Positions 25,162-38,765 of a stretch of 64,000 bases of DNA are shown here, piece by piece; position 1 is the stretch's first letter; the number at the start of each line of letters is the position of its first letter. The notes below the pieces were generated by a model. That model was given only the letters and a program-made list of their open reading frames with translations. It had not been told where the DNA came from and searched no databases. A program made the translations under genes and the position numbers. The stretch spans positions 8,476,494 through 8,540,493 of the forward strand of contig NC_057718.1 in assembly GCF_004010195.1 (NCBI RefSeq), written 5' to 3'. The DNA comes from Chiloscyllium plagiosum. Lineage: Eukaryota.

Positions 25162-25850
25162 AAGGATGTTGCCAGGGTTGGAGGATTTGAGCTATAGGGA
25201 GAGGGTGAACAGGCTGGAGCTGTTTTCCCTTAAACGTCGGAGGCTGACGGGTGACCTTTTAGAGGTTTACAAAATTATGAGGGGCATGGATAGGGTAAAT
25301 TGACAAAGTCTTTTCCCTGGGGTCAGGGAGTCCAGAACTAGAGGGCATAGGTTTAGGGTGAGAGGGAGNNNNNNNNNNNNNNNNNNNNNNNNNNNNNNNN
25401 NNNNNNNNNNNNNNNNNNNNNNNNNNNNNNNNNNNNNNNNNNNNNNNNNNNNNNNNNNNNNNNNNNNNNNNNNNNNNNNNNNNNNNNNNNNNNNNNNNNN
25501 NNNNNNNNNNNNNNNNNNNNNNNNNNNNNNNNNNNNNNNNNNNNNNNNNNNNNNNNNNNNNNNNNNNNNNNNNNNNNNNNNNNNNNNNNNNNNNNNNNNN
25601 NNNNNNNNNNNNNNNNNNNNNNNNNNNNNNNNNNNNNNNNNNNNNNNNNNNNNNNNNNNNNNNNNNNNNNNNNNNNNNNNNNNNNNNNNNNNNNNNNNNN
25701 NNNNNNNNNNNNNNNNNNNNNNNNNNNNNNNNNNNNNNNNNNNNNNNNNNNNNNNNNNNNNNNNNNNNNNNNNNNNNNNNNNNNNNNNNNNNNNNNNNNN
25801 NNACCGAAGGGTCTGTTTCCATGCTGTACATCTCTATGAGTCTATGACTC
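25162..25850 (+). mobile_element. CR1/HER1 3' end spanning the gap
   Basis: Same sequence as ~9068-9270 before the gap; tail ctctatgagtctatgactcta after it. Confidence 0.88.
25369..25802. other. Assembly gap (434 N)
   Basis: Run of N. Confidence 1.
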
Positions 25851-26317
25851 TAGAAGCTTTTGCCATTTAACCTCTCCTGCTCTCAACGCTATCACAGGTC
25901 TCATTTTTTAAAGTTCTTTCATGGGATGTGAGTGTTGCTGCCAAGGTCAGTATTTATTGCCTACCCTTCATAGCTCTTGAAATTAGCAGCTTGCTCAATA
26001 ATTTCAGACTGTTGTTATGAGTGAAGCATATTGCAGTGCATCTGGACACTCATGTAGGTCAGACCAGGTTAGAAAGGCAGATTTCCAACCTGAAAGATTG
26101 TTAGTCAACCAGACGGGAACCAGTAATGGTACCACTGCTAAGAGGAGCTTTCAATTCTAGATTGATTAATTGAATATCAATGTTTCTAGCTGCCAAGTTG
26201 GCATTTAAACACATATTTCCAAAGCATTAAAATAAAACAAAGATCTGCAGATATTGGACATCTAGAACAAAAATAGAACTTGCTGGAGAAACTCCCTTCT
26301 TCATTGGATTTTGGATC

Positions 26318-26820
26318 ATAGAGTCATAGAGATGTACAGAATGGAAACAGACCATTTGGTTCAACCCATCCATGCCAACCAGTTATCCTAAATTAATCTA
26401 GTCCCATTTGCCAGCACTTGGCCCATATCCATCTATACCCTTCCTATTCATGTACTCATCCAGATACCTCTTAAATATTGTCATTGTACCAGCCACCACC
26501 ACTACCTTTGGCAGCTCATTCCATACGCACACCACCCTCTGTGTGAAAAAGTTACCCCTTAGATCCCTTTTAAATCTTTGCCCTCTCATCTTAAACCTAT
26601 ACCCTCTAATTTTGGACTACCTACCCTAAGGAAAATACCTCACTTTTTTACCCTGACTATGCTCCTCATGATTTCATAAACCTCTATAAGGTCACCCGTC
26701 AGCCACTGACACTCCAGGAAAAAATAGCCCCAAACTATTCAGCCTCTCCCTATAGCTCAAACCCTCTAATCTGGCAACATCCTTGTAAATCTCATCTGAA
26801 CTCTTTCAAGTTTCACAACT
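26318..26820 (-). mobile_element. CR1/HER1 3' end
   Basis: ORF FKRDLRGNFFTQRVVCVWNELP; tail catagagtcataga. Confidence 0.9.
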
Positions 26821-26933
26821 CCTATACAAGAGATTTGAAATGTCAACTCTGTTTCCTCTCCACAGATGCTACAAGACCTACTGAGTTTCTCTAGTAATTT
26901 CTGTTTTTGTCCCCAGAGCATTAGCCTGTGGTC

Positions 26934-27128
26934 AAAATGTGTGGTGCTGGAAAAGCACAGCCAATCAGGCAGCATCCGAGGAGCAGAGGAGTTGATGTTT
27001 CGAGCATAAGCTCTTCATCAGGAGTTCCTTCACCACATTCCTGATGAAGAGCTTATGCTTGAAACATTGACTCTCCTGCTTCTTGGCTGCTGCCTGATCT
27101 CCAGCATCTGCAGTCTGCACTTTCTTCT
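26934..27128. mobile_element. Mini PLE fold-back (family A) with two opposed hammerhead cores
   Basis: Cores at ~26991-27023 (minus) and 27041-27070 (plus); imperfect TSD cattagcctgtggtc / cattagcttataggtc. Confidence 0.75.
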
Positions 27129-27789
27129 CATTAGCTTATAGGTCCATTAGCCCAGTGCCATCCCACTGGATCACCATATCCTCCACACTTACTCATCTCA
27201 TTTGCTTATTACCCTGATATTTACATCTTTCTTCAGTTCTTGATGAAAAGTCATTGACCTGCCTCTGTTTCACACCACAGATGCTGATGAGCATGTCCAG
27301 CATTCTCTGTTTTGCCTCACTAAACCAGCACATTGCTGTATGTATGAACATGCTGTCGACAAATTGACGGTCGTGCTTCCTCCATTTCAACAGCAATTAC
27401 ATTTGCAAAACTACTTAAGTGGCTTTAAAGTGCTTTGGGACTTATGAAGATGTGAAAGCCTCCTTCTTTCCTTTCTCACAATGACACCTGCAACCCTTTG
27501 AATAGTTGTAAATTGTGTCTCTTAAGTGCAGTTGAGTCAATTAAAGGCTGATTAGCTGCCATCTATGTGCTAATGAGACAATTGTACACACAGCAGGCAG
27601 GGCTTCAGCACAGATACACAAAGCCAAAATGTCAAACTTTTGGGATTCATCAGCAACTGAATTGGAGAGAACTCCCAAATGCTACAGTTAGAGAGTTAAA
27701 TGAGCTTTGCCTAAAAACATAGATCACAGAACAACACCAGACACAGCCTTTATAAAGTCACTGACACTTCCTATCTAGATTAAGAATTT

Positions 27790-27920
27790 AGGAACAAATT
27801 ATTGCAGATGCTTGAATCTGTTCTAAAAACAACAAATGCTGGAGGTCACAGCGGGTCAGACAGCCTCCACAGAGAGAGAACAAAGTAACGTTTCGAGTCT
27901 AGATGATTCGTCATCAGATT
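27790..27920 (-). mobile_element. PLE terminal repeat (family C type) with hammerhead core
   Basis: Minus strand CTGATGAcgaatcatctagactcGAAAcgtt at 27887-27917. Confidence 0.6.
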
Positions 27921-28021
27921 TGGTTTTAAGTTAAGAACTTGCCAAGATTAAAATTTCTTTCTACTCTCACTTAAAACAATATTATCATTTTCTTATTAGG
28001 TTCAATGGTTATTTACAACCA

Positions 28022-28186
28022 GGATTGGGAGGAGCCGGTGTTGGACTGGGGTGTACAAAGTTTAAAAATCGCAAAACACCAGGTTATAGCCCGACAGGTT
28101 TAATTGGAGGCACTAGCTTTCGGAGTGCTGCTCCTTTGTCAGGTGGTTGATGACCTGATGAAGGAGCAGCGCTCCGAAAGCTAGTT
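28022..28186. mobile_element. Mini PLE fold-back (family B) with opposed hammerhead cores
   Basis: 28111-28145 and 28152-28186 are inverted copies; the plus copy reads gacCTGATGAaggagcagcgctccGAAAgctagtt. Confidence 0.8.
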
Positions 28187-29012
28187 TTACTTGTTCTAGA
28201 TAAGGAATGCTCTCAGAATAAACTAAAATACGGAGCATAGGCAGCAGCTTCACTTGATGATGTTTGATAATTGGATGAGATCATTTGAATTAGAAATTTG
28301 GCCAAATTTGCAGCACCCCTATTCACACCAACTTGAAATCCATTTCAGTTAGAATAATGCTAGACATTAATATTTTTCGCCTCACCCTGAAATTCTGCAT
28401 TATTTCAAACATCTAAATAGCACATTGACAGCTATTCAATCTTGACAGTTACATTACCCAAACAATTCCTAGCATTCTCACTAATGCACTCCCCTTTACT
28501 TTGAGTAGGAATTGATACATAAAGCAAAACAAGATTGCCATTGGAGGAGCAATATCCTCTCCCCCATTGGTGAGACAATACTGTCCACAATGGAGAAAAA
28601 GCAAGCTTTTGGTGCAGCTATGGGCAATTTAAGCGGACTTCAAGCAAGAATTGTATAGGCATAATCTTTTTCATCTCTTCTCCCTCTTGGGCTGCAGACA
28701 CTAATTGTGGACAGAAATGTACGAGCTAATCCTGTCCCTTTTTCAATGCAACTTGTGATCAGTTGAAATTCCTTAATCAGTGCAGAAGGAGGATGAGAAT
28801 GACAGTGATGGTGCATTATCTGACTCTTGCAACTATCAACTCAGATACTGACATTATTCATCCTTGAGAGGCGAAGGTAGAGGTGGGATTTGCACATGTG
28901 GTAGCTTATTTGATACAAATATACAGGTTATAAGGGTTGATGTAGGTGGTAGTTTGCCTGATCTGGAATATTGTGAGCAAATTTGGTCCCCTTGTTTATG
29001 GAAAGATGGAAA

Positions 29013-30918
29013 CCAGAAGGACAAAAAGGGGACATGAGATTGCTTTGGCAAATAGAGTTAAGGAGAATCCAAAGGATATTTACAAATACATGAAGGACAA
29101 AAGGGTAACTAGGGCGAGAATAGGGCCCGAAAATATGTTGCTGGAAAAGCGCAGCAGGTCAGGCAGCATCCAAGGAGCAGGAGAATCGACGTTTCGGGCA
29201 TGAGCCCTTCTTCAGGCCCTCATGCCCGAAACGTCGATTCTCCTGCTCCTTGGATGCTGCCTGACCTGCTGCGCTTTTCCAGCAACACATTTTCAGCTCT
29301 GATCTCCAGCATCTGCAGTCCTCACTTTCTCCTCGAAGAGAATAGGGCCCCTCAAAGATCAGCAAGCCAGCCTTTCTGTAGAACTGCAGGGGATGAAGAG
29401 GATACTAAACAAGTATTTTGCATCAGTGTTTACTGTGGAAAAAGACATGGAAGGTATAAAATGTAGGGAAATAGATGGTGACATTTTGAAAAATGTCCAT
29501 ATTACAGAGGAATAAGTACTGGATGTCTTGAAATGCATAAAAGTGGATAAATCCCCAGGACCTGATCAGGTGTACCCTAGAACTCTGTGGGAAGCTAGGG
29601 AAGCAAATGCTGGGCCCCTTGCTGAGGTATTTGTATCATCGATAGTCACAGGTGAGGTGCTGGAAGACTGGAGGTTGGCTAACGTGGTGCCACTGTTTAA
29701 GAAGGGTGGTAAGGACAAGCCGGGGGATTATAGATCGGTGAGCCTGATGTTGCTGGTGGGCAAGTTGTTGGAGGGACAAGATGTACATGTATTTGGAAAG
29801 GCAAGGACTGATTATGGATAGTCAACATGACTTTGTGCATGAGAAATCATATCTCACAAACTTGACTGAGTTTATTGAAGAAGTAACAAAGAGGATTGAT
29901 GAGGGCGGAGTGGTGGACATGATCTTTATGGACTTCAGTAAGGCGTTCGACAAGGTTCAACATGGAAGACTGGTTAGCAAAGTTAGAATGTCATGGAATA
30001 CAGGGAGAACTAGCCATTTGGATCAAAGATAGAAGACAGAGGGTGGTGGTGGAGGGTTGTTTTCTAGACTGGAGGCCTGTGACCATTGGAGTGCTATAAG
30101 GATCGGTGCTGGGTCCACTACTTTTCGTCATTTATATAAATGATTTGGATGTGAGCACTAGAGGTATAGTTAGTAAATTTGCAGATTACACCAAAAGTGG
30201 AGGTGTAGTGGATAGCAAAAAAGGTTACTTCAGATTACAATAGAATCTTGATCAGATGGGCCAATGGGCTGAGGGGTAGCAGAATTTAATTTAGATAAAT
30301 GTGAGTGGCTGCATTTTGGGAAAGTAAATCTTAGCAAGACTTATACACTTAATGGTCTGGTCCTGGAGAGTGTTGCTGAACAAAGGGACATTGGAGTGTG
30401 GGTTCATAGCTCCTTGAAAGTGGAGTCGCAGGTAGATAAGATAGTGAAGAAAGCGTTTGGTATGCTTTCCTTTATTGGTCAGAGTATTGAGTACAGGAGT
30501 TGGGAGGTCATGTTGCGGCTGTACAGGACATTGGTTAGGCCACTTTTGGAATATTGCATGCAATTCTGGTCTCCTTCCCATTGGAAGGATGTTGTGAAAC
30601 TTGAAAGGGTTCAGAAAAGATCTACAAGGATATTACCAGGGTTTGAGGATTTGAGCTATAGGGAGAGGCTGAATAGGCTGGGGGTGTTTTCCCTAGAGCA
30701 TCAGAGGCTGAGTGGCGATCTTATAGAGATTTATAAAATCATGAGGGGCATGGATAGGATAAATAGACAAAGTCTTTTCCCTGGGGTTGGAGAGTCCAGG
30801 GAAGGGTTTGGAGGGATATGGGCCGGGTGCTGGCAGGTGGGACTAGATTGGGTTGGGATATCTGGTCGGCATGGACGGGTTGGACTGAAGGATCTGTTTC
30901 CGTGCTGTACATCTGTAG
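29013..30918 (+). mobile_element. CR1/HER1 LINE ORF2 remnant (RT to 3' end)
   Basis: KSPGPDQVYPR, DWRLANVVPLFKKG, MDFSKAFDKV, LYRTLVRPLLEYC; frameshifted. Confidence 0.95.
29129..29337. mobile_element. Mini PLE fold-back (family A), 209 bp, perfect 13-bp TSD
   Basis: gagaatagggccc at 29116-29128 and 29338-29350; 76-bp arms at 29129-29204 and 29219-29294 with one mismatch. Confidence 0.9.
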
Positions 30919-32029
30919 GACTCAAAAGAAAGCTAGTGCTTCCAAATAAACCTGTTGGGCTATAACCTGGTGTTGTGTGATTTTTAACTTACAACCAGAA
31001 AGCTCCCAAAAGCTCACATCTGTGAAACTAGACATCAGAACCAAACACAGAAGATGCTGGAGAAATGTTTCAAGACGAGAAGTATTAATTCTGTTTCTTT
31101 TTCCACCAGACCTGCTGATGTTCTCCAGCGTTTTCTGTGTTTGTTTCAGATATCCGGCATCTGCAATATTTTGCTTTGATTCAAGAACATCTGAAACAGG
31201 GGCCACTCAAGAAAATCATATTTTATCTGATTATGGCTTTGACTCCACTTTCCTGGTGGTCCACTCACCCTCTCCCATGCTCCCCAACCCATTGCAAATA
31301 AACCTCGACCCCCTTCTCTGTCGAAAATCTGGCTAACTCAGCTTTGAATACACTGACTGGCTCTGTCTATACTAGTCTCCAGAGAGAAGAATTTCAAACA
31401 CTAATTCCAAACATCTCTGAGAGAAGAAGTGCTTTGTCATCTCCATCTTTCATGGGAAACCCTTTAATTTGAAATTATGCCTCCTGGTTATATATTTCTC
31501 CATGAGGTGAGACACTTGCTCAGTCTCTCCCCTGTCTAACCACCTCAGTTATGTATTTATATACTAAAAGATCTCATTCCTTTTGACAGCAAACTGTAGT
31601 GGCAAAGTTGCTCAATCTTTCCTTGTAGGGATCAAATCACCCATCCTGGAAATTAGCCCAGAGAACTTTCTCTGAGCTGCTACTAATTCAAGTATATTCA
31701 TCCTTAAATAAGAGAAACAAACATATGCAGCACTTTAGATGTGGATTCACCAATTTCTTTTGCCATAAGGCATGGGAGCAGATGTAGGCCATTCAGCCCA
31801 TCGAGTCTGCTCTGCCATTCTGATCTAATGATCCTCAACTTCCTCTTTTCTAATTTCCCCATGATCCTTTACTGAGTAAAAATCTCTCTATTTCAGCTTT
31901 GAATATACATAAGGTCCCAGCTTCAACAGCCCTCTGTAGTAAAGAATTCTATAGATTCACAACCATCTGAGTGAAGAAATTCCACCTCATTTCTGTCTTA
32001 AATGTGCAACCTTTTATTCTGAGTTTTTT

Positions 32030-32320
32030 TTAGTCTACATTCCCTATATTGCGGAAACAGGCCTTTCAGACCCAACATCACCCTGCTGAAGAGCAATCCA
32101 CCCAGACCCATCTCCCTCTGACTAATGCACCTAACACCATGGGCAATTTAGCGTGGCAATTCCATCTGCCCTGCACACCTTTGGATTTGGGGAGGAAACC
32201 CACACATACACGGGGAGAATGTACAAACCCCATACAGGCAGTCACCCGAGGCTGGAATCGAACCTGGGTCCCTGATGCTGTGCGGCAGCAGTGCTAACTG
32301 CTGAGCCACTGTGCCACCCT
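32030..32320 (-). mobile_element. HE1/V-SINE nested in an older CR1 3' end (~31765-32430)
   Basis: SINE head and core on the minus strand; the flanking CR1 tail sequence resumes after it. Confidence 0.8.
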
Positions 32321-32533
32321 AAATTTTCTCCTCTGGTCTTGGACTCTTCCACAAGGGGAAACAACCTCCTGACCTGTATACTGTCAAGACCTCAAGAATT
32401 TTGTATGTTGCAATAAGGTCACCCCTCATTTCTCTATGTTTTGTAAAACAAATTTGTAAAAGTACATTAGAAGAGATTTCAACTCAACTATTATAGTAAG
32501 TGCAACAAAATTCAACTTGCTCAATACAATATA

Positions 32534-32748
32534 CAGGTCGTTCTGTTATAATGCGCATTTCGTTAATATGAATTCGTTATAATGTGATTGACAAATTGGG
32601 GACACTGTTTCTACAGCCCATACTTTTAAAATATGTGTTGGTTGTAGCGCAATTACATCGCCAATACTTTAAGCACTGTTTCTAAAGCACGATTTTTTTA
32701 CATCGTGGGGTTGCACAAGAACACATCGTGTTATAGAAGAACTAGCTG
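32534..32748. mobile_element. Tc1/mariner (Tigger-type) MITE, 215 bp
   Basis: TA on both sides (32532-32533, 32749-32750); imperfect ~22-bp TIRs caggtcgttctgttataatgcg / cgtgttatagaagaactagctg. Confidence 0.75.
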
Positions 32749-33169
32749 TATTCCAATACGATTGTAATAAACTTAATATTTACTAAGCACATGACATGTC
32801 AGGTATTCAGCAGAAGGGAAAAGCATTTTGAATTGGGAATTACACAAAAAATGCAATAGGTATAATATTTTTCTCTATCCATGTACCCTTCAGAGATGCC
32901 TCAATACCTTTTCAATGCACTTTACACATTCCATGTCAGGCATGTAGCCAGAAGGGCTCTACTGCTCACAGCCTCATAGTGTATTATGGTTGACTGACTT
33001 TCGGTAGCTTCCATTCCTCTCTGTACCTGCTGCCCCAAACCTTACTGCATTCATTGTTAGAATCCATTAAATAGAATTCAAATCCATGCTTTTATGTGGG
33101 AGCTTTATTTCAATTAACTACACTTTGTAAAACTCAGATGTCACTGATTACTTTTCTGTCATGTAAATA

Positions 33170-33510
33170 GGGAGGCAATGGCCTAGTGGTAGACTGTTAA
33201 CCCAAAGAGCCAGGTGATGCTCAGGGAGTTTGGGCTTGAATCCCACCATGGCAGATGGTGTAATTTGTATTCAATGTTTTAAAAATCTGGAATTAAAAGT
33301 CTAATGATTGTCAGTTGTTGGAAAAACCCATCAGGTTCACTAATGTCCTTTAGGGAAGGAACCTGCCATCCTTACCTGGTCTGGCTTACATGTGACTCCA
33401 GACCCACAGCAATGCAGTTGACTTTTAACTGCCCTCTGGGCAATTAGTAATGGGTAATAAATGTTGGCTTTGCCAGTGATGCCCTCATTCCATGAATGGA
33501 TTTTTAAAAA
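33170..33510 (+). mobile_element. tRNA-derived SINE sharing its 3' tail with the old CR1-group LINE
   Basis: A box tggcctagtgg, B-box-like ggcttgaatccc; body nearly identical to 38421-38765; older copies at ~13207, ~42612 and ~44230. Confidence 0.85.
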
Positions 33511-34339
33511 TCCAGTAACCTGTCCAGTAAAATGAGTTATTGATTTTTTAAAATTCATTCATGGGACCAACCTGTTCAAAGATGTTATAGCACACCTCTG
33601 GAGCAGGAGGAGCCTGAACCTGGGCATCCAGGCTCAGAGGTGGTAACGCTACCACTGCACTATAAAATCCCTTTCTTTCATCCCCTATCAATCATCCGAC
33701 TGCACTTGGTATTCCCTGTTAGTCCTGAGTATGCATAGATTCTGAGGTCAGATGAAATTGAGCATTTTCAGGCTACTAACTCCCCAGATTTATGCAAATA
33801 CTTCTCACCCAATTAACTTGTAATTGATAAATCCTTCACCTCTTCCCTCATTCCATTGGGTCTCAGATGCTCCTTCAGACCATCTTAGAAAGCCTTGGGC
33901 TGCACCTTGGTGTGCTACACCAAGTCAAGGACAATGCCTTGCATTGGATGACCAAAGAAGACTTGAAAGCCCTCCAGGAGCAGTTGCTGCTTGCCTCAAT
34001 GTGCATCCTTGTGACTGGCACAGAGCTCAGACTCAGCCACTCTCCTATTCAGCTGTGGCCAGACATTCAACTTGAGTACTCCATCCCTGTGGCAAAAATG
34101 GTCAATATTCTGTTTTCTTTCTGGATCACTTGTAGCTGGATGCTAACTTTTCATGATTCATGTACTTGATAGCCTGCAGTTCTGATCGAACAATTGGCAG
34201 TTGCTAAGTACAGCTCCCTGGCAAGAATGCCTTGAAATCACAAAGGGATTGCTCGCATGCACATCACACATTATCCAACTGCACCATGTTCCAAGCACCT
34301 CACAGCTTGCAATCACTATTACAACATAGCGAACATGGT

Positions 34340-34605
34340 AGCCAATGCGCATACATCAAGATCCCATAAGCAGCTGTTAAATACATTACCTGTAATGTTT
34401 ACTTTAATGTCAGTTGTTGATTGAGGTATAAATATTTTCCAGGGGACAGAGCACCTAGTTGAGAGTGTGGTGCTGGAAAAGCATAGTAGGTCAGGCAGTA
34501 TCCGAGGAGCAGGAGAATCTGATCTCCAGCATCTGCAGTTCGCATTTTCTCCTCCCGACAGAACACCTACTCTTCTTTGGGTAGTGCCAGGGGATCTGTA
34601 AAAAT
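34340..34605 (-). mobile_element. Deu-SINE fragment split by a 99-bp mini PLE (34458-34556)
   Basis: TSD gacagagcaccta (34445-34457) / gacagaacaccta (34557-34569). Confidence 0.75.
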
Positions 34606-35029
34606 CAAAGCCTAAAACCTTTGAAACGGCAATAACAGTCATTTTACATGTGATTCTGATAAATGAACAAGTATAATACATTCATTCTATTACAGTCTGA
34701 AAGCTAAATTGATAGATCTTCCATTTTAGTAGCAATTTGTCTTAATTAATTCTCATCAATAATGATTTGACTGTTCAAACTGAGGAAGAAACATATTTCA
34801 AATCTGCTGACGCACCATTTTGATTATGGAGAATAGGCACTTACAGTTCCAATTTGATTTCAAAAGATTAATGTAATGCATATTCGATCATCTGTGTCTG
34901 TTTACCCTTCTAAATGAACTGTAACTTATTGAAATTGTGTAGCACAATTTGCTGCCGCACATTTCCCAACTGCTGTTAGAATTACAATTCAGATCAACTT
35001 GAGTTTGGGGCAATTTAGTGGATGCAAGA

Positions 35030-35390
35030 ATCATTTGTGATCAAATGGATTCTGCATGGCAGGATGTGTCTGAGGGGCAGGTGGACATTTGCAAGGCTGC
35101 CTTGTCGAAATATAAATGGAGATATTGAGGAAGAAAAAGGAGTCAGAGATGGACCAGGTGAATGTGAGAACGCAGTGGAAACTGAAGTTGAATCAATAAA
35201 CTTTTCCAATTCTGGAGAGGGGAGGGAAGCAGCACCAATGTAATCATCAATATACCGCAGGAAGAGTTGTGGGCGGGAGCCTGAGTAGGGCTGGAACAGG
35301 GAATGTACCATGTCTCCTACAAAGAGACAGGCATAACTGGGGGTCCACGTGGGTACTCACAGCTACCTGTTTGACCTGAAAAAGGATTAT
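35030..35390 (-). mobile_element. PLE reverse transcriptase fragment
   Basis: ORF 35015..35311 contains PQLFLRYIDDYIG. Confidence 0.8.
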
Positions 35391-36204
35391 CAGATTAAAC
35401 ATGACCTCATTGAATGGGGACAGATTCAATGGGCTGAACGGCCCATTTCAACATTTAAGTCTTATGGTGTAATAGTTTTGAGGTGAATGAAGCCTTATTT
35501 ATCACTTCTGGTTGTATTTACACACTCAGGATAACATCAAGACTAATGTGGTTCCAGGGTCAGAATGGCTCCCCACTCTCGAATTTGTGTGGCTTGTTTT
35601 CAAAGTGTTATCACTTTTGAAGTCAGCCACTGCTGCAGAACAAATGCAGAGCATCTAAAATCTGGCACAATGGTAAATGTCATCTATAATTGCCAACTGT
35701 AAAAATGATTCAGAGGATGACACTCTTTGCCAAAAATATTTAACATAGCCACCAAAACAACCATCTAAACCAATAAGACAAGTTAATTACACCGCCAAGT
35801 GAACAACCACGAGAGAATGGATATCTGTCTTGGTGTTTCTTGCTTTGTCCTGGTGGGAAGAATGTTCTGGAAATCAAGCCCCACTATTTCACGAGCCATC
35901 AGCAATGTGAAATATGACAAGTTGAATCAATGCCTGACAGTAACCATGATCTAAGATAAAAAGAAACTCACAACAGCTTTCATCAATGTGTAAGAAAACA
36001 AATGAAAATATTTTTATCATAACACTATCCTCCAACATATGACAGAACTGGATTATTAATTATTCATGTCAAACTTAAATTAGATCTCCTTTAAATCTAA
36101 TCACTCACGCATTCATTCACACAGTGGATGTACAAGACAGAAAAGACAGGTTTTCTTTTTAGCAATCATGGATGGCAAATATAAACAAAAAGGCACAAGA
36201 TAGT

Positions 36205-37333
36205 GTCAAAGAGTCATAGAGATGTACAGCATGGAAACAGACCCTTCAGTCCAACTCGTCCACGCCAGCCAGATATCCTAAATTAATCTAGTCCCATTTG
36301 TCAGCACTAGGCCCATATCCCTCCAAACCCTTCCTAGTCATGTATCCATCCAGATACCTTTTAAATATTATAATTGTACCAGCATCCACCATTTCTTCTG
36401 GCAGCTTATTCCATACATGCACCACCCTCTGCGTGAAAACGTTGCTGCTAATTCCTTTTAAATCTTTCCACTCTCACCCTAAACCTATGCCCTTTAGCTC
36501 TGAACTCCCCCATCCCAGGGAAAAGATCTTGTCTATTAATCCTATCCAAGCCCCTCATGATATTATAAGTCTTTATGAGGTCACCCCTCAGGCTCTGATG
36601 CTCCAGGGAAAACAGGTGTAGTCTATTCAACTTCTCCCTATAGCACAAACCCTGGCAACATTCTTGTAATGTTTTTCTGAACACACTTTCAAGTTTCACA
36701 ATATCCTTCCTGTAGGAAGACCAGAATTGCACGGAATATTCCAAAGATGGCCTGACCAATGTCCTGTGAGCCACAACATGCCCTCCCAACTCCTGCACTC
36801 AATACTGTGACCAGTAAAGGGAAGCATACCAAACACCTTCTTCACTATCCTATCTACCTGTGACTCCACTTTCAAGGAGTGACTCCACTTTCAAGGAGCT
36901 ATGAACCTGCACTCCAAGGTTCTCTTGTTCAGCAACACTCCCTCGGACCTTACCATTAAGTGTATAAGTCCTACTAAGATTTGCTTTACCAATGTGCAGC
37001 ACCTCATATTGACCTAAATTAAACTCCATCTGCCACTCCTTGGCCCATTTGCCTATCTGATCAAGATCCCGTTGTACTCTGAGGCAACCTTCTTCGCTGT
37101 CCACTACACCTCCAATTTTGGTGTCATCTGCAAACTTACTAACTGTACCTCTTATGCTCACATCCAAATCATTGATATAAATGACCAAAAGCAGTGAACC
37201 CAGCACCGATCCTTGTGGTACTCCACTGGTCACAGGCCTCCAATCTGAAAAGCAACCATCCACCACCACCTTCTGTCTTCAACCTTCGAGCCAGTTCTGT
37301 AACCAAATGGCTAGTTCTCCCTGTATTCCATGT
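36205..37333 (-). mobile_element. CR1/HER1 LINE 3' portion
   Basis: VTSGVPQGSVLG...YINDLD...SKFADDTKIGG. Confidence 0.95.
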
Positions 37334-37839
37334 GCTGTGGATCAGAGTCCAATCCTAATGGAAATTTGAAGTCACTTTCTCAGTTTTTGTTTTTGTTTTG
37401 GCAACACCATCACATTGTTGAATGCAATGATCTTTAATTCAGCAGCTGATCAGTTAGACCTAGGTCTTGGCTTGATTTAGACATTTTCTTTCTTCCTTCA
37501 AAATGTTTTGGTGATATTTCTTTGCCATTTAAAAGAGAGAGGATGGATTTTGCTTGCTTGCAGGCTTAAAGCTCTGAGTCCTGATGGATCTCTCTCCTCC
37601 AGTTCAGTGATAAATGGCCACCTGCAACCATTGCCGTGCAGTCACTCTGAGGGTCCATATGCATGGAACAAAATGCCAACACCATGCTGATGCAGTCACT
37701 ATGGTTACTCCAGCTGCTGCCTTTGCAGGTCTGTGCTGCAGCTGAAGAAATTAGCCAGAATGTAACTTACAACCAACACAAACCCTGTTGATGGGCAGTT
37801 ACTGTTCTCAACTCAACAATCATTTCTCAACTCAACAAC

Positions 37840-38058
37840 CCAACGCCTCATCTTCCGACTCAGAACACTTCAACCCCAGGGCATCAATGAGGACTTCACC
37901 AGTGTCCTTCTCCACCCTGCCTCTATTCCTGATGAAGGGCTTTTGCCCGAAACGTCGATGTTCCTGCTCCTCGGATGCTGCCTAGCCAGCTGTGCTTTTC
38001 CAGCACCACTCTAATCTAGACACTGGTTTCCAGCATCTGCGGCCCTTGTTTTTACCTA
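37840..38058 (+). mobile_element. PLE 3' end (family A) with an intact hammerhead core at 37925-37960
   Basis: ttcCTGATGAagggcttttgcccGAAAcgtcga. Confidence 0.8.
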
Positions 38059-38420
38059 GTTACTTTTCTATGTTAAAGTCATTTGGAGTCAAGAATGAAC
38101 TGCCAAAGTTTCAAAATTCCACCGTCTGACAAAGTTAAATGCTCTGATGTTAACTGTTAAGTGACAACATAGTTCCACCTTACTCTGTATAAAATGCTGC
38201 AAAGGTCACAGCTAGAGTACTGTGTGGGCCGTTCTGGTCACCACACTATAGGGAGGAAATGATTGCACAAGAGAGGGTGCAGAGGAGATTCACCAAGATA
38301 CTGCCTAGGTTGGATGTTCTGATCAATGAAGAAAAATTGGAAAGGATGGGGTTGGTTTCCTTGAAGCAGTAAACATTGAGAAGGAGTAGTAGATTATTAA
38401 AGGGGACAATTCAAGATCAG

Positions 38421-38765
38421 GTGGTAATATCACTGGACTGTTTATCCAGAGGCCCAGTTAATGGTCTGAGGACCTGGGTTTGAATCCTGCCACAGCAGAT
38501 GGTGGAATTTGAATTCAATGAAAATCTGTGATTGAGAGCCTAATGATGACCATGAAACCATTGCTGATTTTTGATAAAAAGCCATCTGGTTCATTAATGT
38601 CCTTTAGGGAAGGAAACTGCCATCCTTACCTGGTCTGGCCTACATGTGACTCCAGACCCACAGTAATGTGGTTGACTCTTAACTGCCCTCTGGGCAATTA
38701 GGAATGGGCAATAAAAGCTAGTCTAGTCAGTGATGCCCTCATCCTGTTAATAAATAAATAAAAAT
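38421..38765 (+). mobile_element. tRNA-derived SINE inserted into an old CR1 3' end (~38170-39040)
   Basis: Homologous to 33170-33510; CR1 sequence continues on both sides. Confidence 0.85.

Noticed and set aside
29129..29294. miRNA precursor or DNA-transposon MITE
   Set aside because: The arms are PLE terminal-repeat sequence also found attached to GIY-YIG remnants, and the element extends asymmetrically beyond the arms.
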